NCBI RefSeq assembly: GCF_000142905.1
Contig: NW_013657675.1
Location: forward strand, 558,001-622,000
DNA: 64,000 nucleotides
Direction of reading: 5' to 3'
Source: Thecamonas trahens ATCC 50062
Lineage: Eukaryota; Protista; Apusomonadida
Position 1 is the stretch's first letter. Each line of letters begins with the position of its first letter. This document shows, one piece after another, positions 33,748-42,273 of this stretch. The position numbers and the translations under genes were made by a program. The notes beneath the pieces were generated by a model. The model worked only from the letters and a program-made list of their open reading frames with translations, was not told where the DNA came from and did not search any database.

Positions 33748-34410
33748 CCCTTAATGGTACGGTCGTTTGGACGCGTTGTCGCGCGTCTCAAAGTGAACAA
33801 CTCGATGATGCTTGACTTGCAGCTCACCGGCCGACGCTGCGCGACGCCTGCTCGGCCTGCGGCTTGAGGTGAGACGCGCGCCCGTACGTGATGGCGGCCG
33901 ACACGTAGACACCCGCCTGAAGGATGCCACGCCCCGCCATGACTCGCGTGGCTTTTCTCCACGACATCATCGACACCCTCGCTGCCAGCGCCGACGCTGT
34001 CAGCTCCGCGCCGTCGCGCAAGCGGAAGCGTCCCTCTGAAGCGGCTGCTCGTCATCACCACTCTCCCCAACAAGCCGTTGCGACGCGACTGCCTCGCCTG
34101 CCGGAAGCTTCATAGTAAGCGATCGATCGCGGCCGCGGACCTTTTGCGCCGCGTGCGGCGTCCATCCCTGCATCACCGACTATTTTCTGTTGTGGCAGCC
34201 AGTAACACATTGTACTACTCTTTTACAACAATTCATGGACGTTGCGACGTCTGTGGAGCGTCGCCTGAGCGCGGCTTGCGCGACGGACAAATTCGTCCAT
34301 TCCGTACCGTAAACGGGTACAACTGCCGCCGCCCAAATGGTTTGAAATTTTGGGCACTGAGGCAGGCAGAGACAAGACAACGGCACAGCCGACTCGTTCC
34401 CAACCACGAC

Positions 34411-35270
34411 ATGGATCCCCGGCTGTACACGACGAACCCCATTCTCGGAACAGTACGTACACCCCTACACCCATGCACACATACACATGCCTTATACATG
34501 CCCATACTCACCATGCAGTCGATGTGCTGGTCGACGGTGGCGGTGTCGGCGACGGCGACGGTGGCGGCGGACGGGGGGGAGGACAGGGCGGAGTGCCACC
34601 GCGGGCAACGGGCAGGGCGCGCGGATACAATGACAAGCGGGGAGCGGGACTACCGTCTGACAAGTTCCATCAGGATGCCTGGTCGCCTACGCCCAGGCAG
34701 AGGTCTGCTGCAGAGGTCAAGGTCATGGGATACTCGAGAAATCCACTGCTCGAAGGTGAGGTTCCCGCCCGCCCGTCAAAGTCGTACGCTGCGGCCAAGG
34801 TGTGGGGAACTGGTCGCAATCCCATCGTCGAAGGCGATCCGTGCTACCAGCCGCCCCGTGCACCTACCCGTGGCACAAAGTTCCTGACCGAGGGTACATC
34901 GCCAGAGTATGATCTCTATCCCACCACCGGTGGCTCCGGCCGCTCCTCGGGTCGTCGCCATGTCGTCGATCCCAACCGCCACAACGGTTCGTCCTCGCTC
35001 GCCCACATCGGTGGCTCACCCGAACAGCAGCCAGTCCGCAGGGCACACCCCAAGCACCACGCCGACACGTCGGGCCTCATCGGCGGCATCAACGCTCCGC
35101 CCGTCATCGATGCCGATCGCGCCGCAGAGCACGCTGCTCATGAGGCCGCCATCGCTGCAGAAGCTGCGAACAATGCCACCTACCAACAGAACAGGCAAGT
35201 CTATTCCCGTCTCCGTCACGCCTGCACCGCAACGAACCCGGACCTGCTTTCCTTCGACTACCCCCAGTGA
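34411..35270 (+). CDS. Hypothetical low-complexity protein with repeated NP[IL][ILV]x(G) motifs; probably 2 exons
   Basis: ATG 34411, GTACGTAC donor at 34453, TACTCAC branch-like site and CAG at 34518 (alternative CAG at 34586). Motifs TNPILG, RNPLLEG, RNPIVEG, TNPDLL. Confidence 0.55.
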
Positions 35271-35885
35271 TGAAACACAGTACACTCTCCTCCATCGGAG
35301 CTGCTGCCCCCAAGCAAGACACAGTATCTTGTCTGCCACGCGGTCGTTGACTTGCAGGCCCCGCTCCCGTCAACATCAGCATGAGATCAGGGCTGCACAT
35401 TCGCGTATGTGCCGAGCCGATGCGCGCGGCGAGGATAGGAGATCGTGTTCCATGGGACGATCTCTTTTCTTTTCATTTTGCGGCGCAAGAGCAGAGTCTT
35501 GCGCATATTTCGCCTTCTCCCGACATGAAAGGACCATCGTATGGAGAGGTAGGCCACCAAAGGACATGATCGGGGGTGGTAGCGTCACTGGCTTGTGTTT
35601 GGCAGCTTTTCTTGCGTGGCACCGGGCGAGCAAGTGTTCGCACACCCGCTCCCTCGTTGCTCCACGCTCGAGGTACGTCCTCTGCCGCATCGCCGCCGCA
35701 GAGCATGGCTTTCTCGCGCAAAGGGAAAGAGGGCGGCTTGGAAAGGTTAGAGAGTGGCATGGATTGAAGGTGTAACTTTGGCCAGGTGCACAAGCAAAGC
35801 CGACACGGACTGTGTGCCCGACTCGTCCCGACGTGCAAAGCAATGGACATATCAAATACAGTGGAAACGGATGGCAGTTCCAACA

Positions 35886-35963
35886 GCCAGCATAGTATAA
35901 CGGTTAGTACATTCGACTCATATAGTCAATCGAAAGATCGTGGTTCGATTCCGCGTGCCGGCA
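35886..35963 (+). tRNA. Elongator tRNA-Met(CAT) with apparent 6-nt intron, copy 1
   Basis: Cloverleaf GCCAGCA/TGCCGGC, D stem GTAT/GTAC, anticodon stem TTCGA/TCGAA, T arm CGTGG-TTCGATT-CCGCG, A73. Followed by an oligo-T Pol III terminator. Confidence 0.85.
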
Positions 35964-35989
35964 TTTGGTTTTTTTTGTAACCAGCCCCA

Positions 35990-36067
35990 GCCAGCATAGT
36001 ATAACGGTTAGTACATTCGACTCATATAGTCAATCGAAAGATCGTGGTTCGATTCCGCGTGCCGGCA
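35990..36067 (+). tRNA. Elongator tRNA-Met(CAT) with apparent 6-nt intron, copy 2 (identical)
   Basis: 78-nt exact duplicate 26 nt downstream, with its own T-run terminator. Confidence 0.85.
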
Positions 36068-36166
36068 TTCTTCTTTTTTTGGCTTGCTTCCCACCCTCCA
36101 TTGTCATCGCTCGCTTCTGTTGTTGGCCTCAGGCTTGAGCTGGTGCTGTGTGTGGGTCATCTTTTA

Positions 36167-39100
36167 TCACATCAACTCGCCTGCTGTGATGTTGCGAAGG
36201 CCGCACGAGGCGAGACGCTCGGCGGCCGCACACATACTTCCGGCATCAAAGCCGTAGAGGAGATCGAGCTGAAAGGCGTAGCTCGCTCGTCGGACGGCGG
36301 GCAGCGCCGACGCCAGGAACTTGTCGATGGCATCGGTGGTTGCAGGAGACATCATGGTGTAAGCGTCGAGTCTGTTGTCGACTTCCATTAGCGGCGTCAC
36401 CGGGTCGATGTAACCGAGCATCCACGCGAGCGCAGCGAACCAGAGTGCAACGACCACGCCGAGGACGGCAACAAGGCGCGCGAGGTTGCTCCCACGCGGC
36501 ACGAGCGGGTCGTTGTTTGCAGCTGTTGTCGGATTCTGCAGCGAGCCGCCGATGTAGGTGGTCGGGCCAACGGCAGTGGCCCCGATGGTCACCGCGCTGG
36601 TCGCAATAGCCAATCCGGTAATGACGTTGTAGACGAGGACGAGGACGAACCAGCCAGGTGAGCCTACGCCGGCTCCAGTCGCAAAGATGAGGTACAGCGC
36701 AAAGACGCAATAGAACCAGTGCGTCGGATTCAACGGGAGGAGGAGGCTTGAGCTCGTGTACGACGCCAGCGACTCGACTCGGTGCGAGAAGCCAGTGGCG
36801 ATGCCGGCGAGAGCGACTGCTGGAAGCGCTTCCGGCACATAACCGCCGGTGCTGAGCAAGCGGGCGAAAATGCCGGCAAACGCAGTGAGTGGGACTGCAC
36901 TGACATAGTGGTGGGCGGCGGCCGAGTTGGTTGCGAGTGCGCGGATGCCAGCCGCCGCCATCGCTGCCATGCCTGCGACCGGGACAGTGGCCGCGAGCCA
37001 AGCCCAACCGAGCGCGTGCCCGGCGCGCCACCAGACGATCGAGCCGACTGGAAGCCAAAAGAGGCTCACCAGGAGGCTGAATCGCAGCGCCACCAGCCGC
37101 CGCGACGTCATGATGCCCGAGTAGTAGAGAAGGCCTGCGAGCGGGCTGATGACGGTCGCAACGTCTGCTGGAAGCCTGCCCGCGAGGAGCGGTCTTGTCG
37201 CCGGGGCCCCGGCTGCCGCGGCCGGCTGCGGCGAAAATACAAAGATGTGCGAGCCGGGCATAAAATCGACGTTGCCCACGAGAAGAAGCCAGCCGCCGCC
37301 AACAAAGGCGCTGCTCATCTTCATCTCCACAGGCGTCACCACATTGAGCCAGGGAATGCTCGTCTGGTTGACCGATGCCGAGACAACGCACGGCAGGCTC
37401 TCGTCGAGATCCTCGCGAAGGAGGTCTGGCGAGAGCGTCGACGCGTCGACCGCCGGATCCGCAACGGCGTACTTGGGCGCGTCCGGCGTGGCGACGGGAA
37501 TGCGATCGAGCGCTGGCTCGTCGGATGGGGCCAGGAGCCCGTCGTCGCCGTCGAGCATGCCGTGCCAGCCGAGAACCTGTGCGCGGAGGGTGATGAGCGC
37601 AAAGCCCGAAATGTCCCACTCGTCCGAGTTGACTTGTAGCGGTGGACGGCCGCGCCCGAGACGGCGGCTCGCGATGTGGGGCAGGCGGCATCGGATGGTC
37701 GCCGACGACGGAAGGACGCGGCGATGCATGCGGAATCCCTCACGGAGCGACGAGTACGAGAGCTCCAGCTCGAGACTGCCGTCAGGAGTCGGCTCGGCGT
37801 GGTGGATGATATCAAAGGAGGCAATGCGAAAGACGCGCGGCGTGTTGACGACAGCGGCAAGATACAAGTCGTGCCAGTCGGCACTCACCGCGTACAGGTA
37901 GACGGTCGACCATTCGATGGAGCTTGTGACGATGGCATACTCACATCCTGGCGCTTCCGCGGTGGTCAAATCTTCAGGTTTTCCAGCGGCAATAAACGCG
38001 TCTGAGTACTGCCCGCCCGCCGAGAGGTGGCCGGGCGGATACGGCGCCGGCGCAGCGCCTGGCGCCACCTTTGGCCAGTGAATGAGCGTCTTGGTGGCAA
38101 AGGCTATGCCTCCGGGAAAGTCCTCGAGGTTGATGGCCGCCATGCGAGGCGAGGCGCGCGGCTCGTGTGGCGGAGGATCGAGCCCAGGCCGGGCCATGAG
38201 ATGACCAATGTCGACAGCAAAGAGCGCCTGGCCCATTGTGAGTCGCCCAATGCCAATCAGCTTGCTGCCCACCACATCGAGCTGGGCGTAGATGTCGACG
38301 ACGTCACGAATCGGATCGAGGTAGACCCGAGAGAGCCTCGCCGGCGCCACCGGAATGCCCGACGGCGAGTAGTCGACGTGCATGATGAACGCGAGGTCAA
38401 ATTGAACGCACGAGAGGATGCGGAATCGGACAAAAAACGAGGTTGACGAGACCCGCGGGTAGTCTCCGTACCGGATCGGTCGGTCCGCGGCGGTGGCAAG
38501 GTCAGGCTCGATGGAGGTCATGGCAATGGAGACTGACGAAATGACGTCGTCAAGCTGCCGGTACTCGGCGTTGGGCGCGATCGGCTCGCCGGACCCGTCC
38601 AGGACCGAGCCGATCTGTGCTGTTCGGAGCGTGCCGTGGGAGAGGTAGCCAGGAAAGACGCGCCGGAGGACAATGTACTTGGGCTCTCTTCCAGCCGCCT
38701 GTGCGGGTGTTGTGTCGAGAATGCAGTTGGATCCGATGCGCGTTTCGGGCGAGGGGTCAAAGGCTGTCTCCGGATCGAGCCCGTTCTGGGTGAGGAGATC
38801 TTCGACGACTATGTCCTGAAAGCACGGCTCGGGCGCAAACTCGGCAAGGAGGTTGTACCGAAGAAGCAGCTCAGTCGAGACGAGCGAGTGAACGAGAAGG
38901 ACGCCGTCGGCGAGGACCGAGAGCACAAGATCCGCAGCAACAAAGACGTTGCGTACCATCGCTTTCGACGGCGGCATGGGCAGCGCCCGTGGCACGTACA
39001 TCGGCAGGAGACCCTGCGCAGCGCAGCAGGTCTCCATCGACGACATAAGCGAGGTGTAAAGCGTGGTGATCCCGATGCGCCAGAGGGCAAACACGTTGTC

Positions 39101-39592
39101 GGCCGGAGGAGGACCTGCCGACGACTCGGATCGCCGCCTTGCATCTGGCCCTGACGAGGCCGAGATCGGCACGCCGCCTTTGCAGCCGATGGGTCGAAAG
39201 GCAGGCTGAACACAACAAGGTCCCATCACCGATCTTAGCGGTGAGACGAGCGGAAGCGAGAGCGATTCTGGGACGACGAGAATGGTGGCACGGAGGGCTG
39301 AGCGAAGGACGTGTTGGTCGTGGGCCGATTGCGGGGCAAAGATGGCCGAGTCCGAATCAGCACTGTACACTATCGAATGCAGCCGTGTACATGTCTTGGC
39401 CACCGCCACTACGGCTTCTATTCCTCGGAACAGGCCAGCTGTTGGTGGTCCATCCGGCGGCGGACCGAGCGGCGCATGTCGAGAGAGGGTGATGCGCTCG
39501 GGTCTCTTGCTGGGCTTGAGCTGAGGGTAGAGGGTGTGGTGGAGAATGAGACACAGGACTTCTGTGGGGAGAGAGAGAAGATTGGTGCCCAT
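36167..39592 (-). CDS. Large hypothetical protein: N-terminal F-box-like motif, C-terminal multi-pass TM region
   Basis: About 1140-aa intronless ORF; LLSLPTEVLCLILHH start; roughly 6-7 hydrophobic helices in the last ~330 aa. Confidence 0.65.
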   Translation of the reverse strand: MGTNLLSLPTEVLCLILHHTLYPQLKPSKRPERITLSRHAPLGPPPDGPPTAGLFRGIEAVVAVAKTCTRLHSIVYSADSDSAIFAPQSAHDQHVLRSALRATILVVPESLSLPLVSPLRSVMGPCCVQPAFRPIGCKGGVPISASSGPDARRRSESSAGPPPADNVFALWRIGITTLYTSLMSSMETCCAAQGLLPMYVPRALPMPPSKAMVRNVFVAADLVLSVLADGVLLVHSLVSTELLLRYNLLAEFAPEPCFQDIVVEDLLTQNGLDPETAFDPSPETRIGSNCILDTTPAQAAGREPKYIVLRRVFPGYLSHGTLRTAQIGSVLDGSGEPIAPNAEYRQLDDVISSVSIAMTSIEPDLATAADRPIRYGDYPRVSSTSFFVRFRILSCVQFDLAFIMHVDYSPSGIPVAPARLSRVYLDPIRDVVDIYAQLDVVGSKLIGIGRLTMGQALFAVDIGHLMARPGLDPPPHEPRASPRMAAINLEDFPGGIAFATKTLIHWPKVAPGAAPAPYPPGHLSAGGQYSDAFIAAGKPEDLTTAEAPGCEYAIVTSSIEWSTVYLYAVSADWHDLYLAAVVNTPRVFRIASFDIIHHAEPTPDGSLELELSYSSLREGFRMHRRVLPSSATIRCRLPHIASRRLGRGRPPLQVNSDEWDISGFALITLRAQVLGWHGMLDGDDGLLAPSDEPALDRIPVATPDAPKYAVADPAVDASTLSPDLLREDLDESLPCVVSASVNQTSIPWLNVVTPVEMKMSSAFVGGGWLLLVGNVDFMPGSHIFVFSPQPAAAAGAPATRPLLAGRLPADVATVISPLAGLLYYSGIMTSRRLVALRFSLLVSLFWLPVGSIVWWRAGHALGWAWLAATVPVAGMAAMAAAGIRALATNSAAAHHYVSAVPLTAFAGIFARLLSTGGYVPEALPAVALAGIATGFSHRVESLASYTSSSLLLPLNPTHWFYCVFALYLIFATGAGVGSPGWFVLVLVYNVITGLAIATSAVTIGATAVGPTTYIGGSLQNPTTAANNDPLVPRGSNLARLVAVLGVVVALWFAALAWMLGYIDPVTPLMEVDNRLDAYTMMSPATTDAIDKFLASALPAVRRASYAFQLDLLYGFDAGSMCAAAERLASCGLRNITAGELM

Positions 39593-40017
39593 GAGCACAC
39601 GAGTGCAGATCACGAGAGTGCTGGTCGAGTGTGTCTGCGGTCTGGTCGTGGTCGTGGTGTGGCTGTCGCCTGTTTCCACCAGCTGCTGTTGGCCACGCCA
39701 GCGTTCGATCAGCCGAGTGATCACGCCCAGCATTCGGAAAAGGCCGCATTCTCACCACCCACATCCACGACATCGCGTCCAAGATCAAGTGACTCCTTCC
39801 CTTCTCTCTCTCTCTCTCTCTCTCTCTCCCGCGCGCCCCCTCCCATCCGCCTTTCTATCTGCCTCCCTCCCCCCCCCCCCCCTCTGCTCCCTCTTCCCCA
39901 CTCCCAGCCAGCCTCCCTCCTTCTCGCAAGCCCGGCTCCGACAGGCAGCGACAGACTTTGTCGTCATCGGTTCGTCAGACTCGGTATCACCCCTCGCTGA
40001 CGCCCTCCACCACCAGC

Positions 40018-40662
40018 ATGGATTCTGTACCACTTGTGTCGGCGACGGCGACAGCGGAAAGTGGCACGGTATCACGGAGTGGGTCATCGGTCTCGTCGTT
40101 GTCGTCCTCGTCGTCGCTCTCTGACTTGCTCTCTACCTTTACTGCAGGAGTGGGCTCGCGGACGTCGGCGCGGGGCGCCCACCCGCGCGGAACGGCGTCG
40201 GTCCTCACGTCGACAGTCAATCTGACAAACACTATTGTTGGCGGAGGCATGCTGGCGCTGCCGTTTGCAGTCAAGTCGGCTGGTCTTGTTCTTGCCGTGG
40301 CTCTCCTTGTGGCGGTCATGATCACCACCGCATTCTCGGTCGGGTTGTTGGTCGAGGCCGGCAAGTCGACGCGGGCGCCGCTCTTCACCGATTTGACAGC
40401 TGCGACGCTGGGCAGAAAATGGGTGCCTGTTGTTCAGATTTCTGTCATTCTGCAGAGCTATGGGACGTGCATCGGGTACTACATCATCATTGCCGACATG
40501 ATCCAGCCGCTGCTTGCCGAGCTCTGGCCAGGCGGCAGTTTCTTTACCTCGCGCGCCTGGGTCGGCCTCCTTGCCCTGGCCGTGACCGGCCCGCTGGTGT
40601 GTCTGCGGTCACTGGCTGCACTGCGGCACACGTCACTGGCGGCGATGGGGGCCATTGCGTTT
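40018..40662 (+). CDS. SLC38/AVT amino-acid transporter, truncated by assembly gap
   Basis: STVNLTNTIVGGGMLALPFAVKSAG, YGTCIGYYIIIAD, PLVCLRSLAALRHTS. Confidence 0.88.
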
Positions 40663-40715
40663 CGCTTGTGCGGACGTGGTTTGAGGAGCGAGCATGGGAG
40701 GGAGCGCGTAGTCAC

Positions 40716-41078
40716 NNNNNNNNNNNNNNNNNNNNNNNNNNNNNNNNNNNNNNNNNNNNNNNNNNNNNNNNNNNNNNNNNNNNNNNNNNNNNNNNNNNNN
40801 NNNNNNNNNNNNNNNNNNNNNNNNNNNNNNNNNNNNNNNNNNNNNNNNNNNNNNNNNNNNNNNNNNNNNNNNNNNNNNNNNNNNNNNNNNNNNNNNNNNN
40901 NNNNNNNNNNNNNNNNNNNNNNNNNNNNNNNNNNNNNNNNNNNNNNNNNNNNNNNNNNNNNNNNNNNNNNNNNNNNNNNNNNNNNNNNNNNNNNNNNNNN
41001 NNNNNNNNNNNNNNNNNNNNNNNNNNNNNNNNNNNNNNNNNNNNNNNNNNNNNNNNNNNNNNNNNNNNNNNNNNNNNN
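40716..41078. other. Scaffold gap (363 N)
   Basis: Run of N. Confidence 1.
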
Positions 41079-41112
41079 CCCCCCTCCCTGTCCAGGTGGT
41101 ATGTGTTTATAG

Positions 41113-42177
41113 GTTGATGAGGCTATCCATGCTGTGCTCGACTCTGCGTACTACATCGGTGGCCCGCAGGTTGCTCAGTTTGAGACCGAGTTCTCCGAGT
41201 ACATCACCGGTGAGGACGGCCATTGCGCTGGCTGCTCCAACGGGACGGATGCCATTCTGCTTGCTCTCGAGGCGCTCGGTGTGGGTGAGGGTGATGAGGT
41301 CATCACCCAGGCCAACACCTACTGCGCTACGGTGTTTTCGATCACCCGGACGGGTGCCAAGGCTGTTCTTGTCGACGTCGATGCCGAGACGATGATGATG
41401 GACGCATCCCAGATCGAGAGCAAGATCACGGCCAACACCAAGGTCATCATGCCGGTGCACCTCTACGGCCACTCGGCCGACATGGACGCGGTGATGGACA
41501 TTGCCAAGCGGCACAACCTGCTGGTGGTCGAGGACGCGTCGCAGGCGCACGGGTGCACATGGCGCGGCCAGAAGGTCGGCTCGTTCGGTGACGCCGCGGC
41601 GTTCTCCATGTACCCGGGCAAGAACCTCGGCGGGTACGGTGACGCCGGCGCGATCATCGCCAAGGACACGGCGATCATCGAGAAGATCAAGATTCTGCGC
41701 AACATGGGCCAGAAGGTCAAGTACCACCACGAGTGCGTCGGGTACAACCACCGCCTGGACACGCTGCAGGCTGCCGTGCTCTCGGTCCGCCTCCGCCACC
41801 TCGACGCGTGGAACTCGCGCCGCAAGGAGCTCGCTGCCCGCTACATCGCCGGCCTCAACGCCGTTGAGGGCCTGACCCTCCCGACCTGGGACCCGGCGAC
41901 CGTCGACCCTGTGTGGCACCTCTTTGTTCTCCGCGTCGGCTCGGCCGAGAAGCGTGACTCGGTGCTCAAGGCGCTGCAGGGCGCTGGCATCGGCGTTGGC
42001 GTCCACTACCCCATCTCGGTCAACAAGACCGGCGCCTACGCTGACGAGTTCAAGGACTCGTCGTACCCGATCACCGAGGCCGCCGCCGTCGGCATGATCT
42101 CCATCCCCATCCACCCGGACCTCACCGACGACGACCAGGACTACATCATCGAGCAGGTCAAGGCTGCTCTTGCCTAA
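41113..42177 (+). CDS. DegT/DnrJ/EryC1/StrS PLP-dependent sugar aminotransferase (first exon in gap)
   Basis: CSNGTDAI, GEGDEVIT, MPVHLYG, VVEDASQAHG, FSMYPGKNLGGYGDAG (PLP Lys), GYNHRLDTLQAA, VHYP. TAG acceptor at 41112. Confidence 0.93.
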   Translation, partial: VDEAIHAVLDSAYYIGGPQVAQFETEFSEYITGEDGHCAGCSNGTDAILLALEALGVGEGDEVITQANTYCATVFSITRTGAKAVLVDVDAETMMMDASQIESKITANTKVIMPVHLYGHSADMDAVMDIAKRHNLLVVEDASQAHGCTWRGQKVGSFGDAAAFSMYPGKNLGGYGDAGAIIAKDTAIIEKIKILRNMGQKVKYHHECVGYNHRLDTLQAAVLSVRLRHLDAWNSRRKELAARYIAGLNAVEGLTLPTWDPATVDPVWHLFVLRVGSAEKRDSVLKALQGAGIGVGVHYPISVNKTGAYADEFKDSSYPITEAAAVGMISIPIHPDLTDDDQDYIIEQVKAALA

Positions 42178-42273
42178 TCAAGTTGTGGTTGACATTAAGT
42201 GACACCTTTAGTGGTAGTGAGGGTGGACGAGCGAGTATCTACATAAACAGTCGTTGTCTCCCTCGGTTACGGT

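Noticed and set aside
33924-34115. Short ORF with KRKRP NLS-like motif
   Set aside because: Only 63 aa, with no recognisable family or splice support.
34325-34362. Hairpin GCCCAAA..TTTGGGC with Sm-like AATTTTGG (possible snRNA or SL RNA)
   Set aside because: No other snRNA or SL hallmark, and the Sm-like site is buried in the stem. An Rfam/Infernal search would be needed.
35886-35963. Selenocysteine/opal suppressor (TCA) or initiator tRNA
   Set aside because: TCA is not in anticodon register and there is no long variable arm. G1-C72 and the TTCGA T-loop exclude the initiator.
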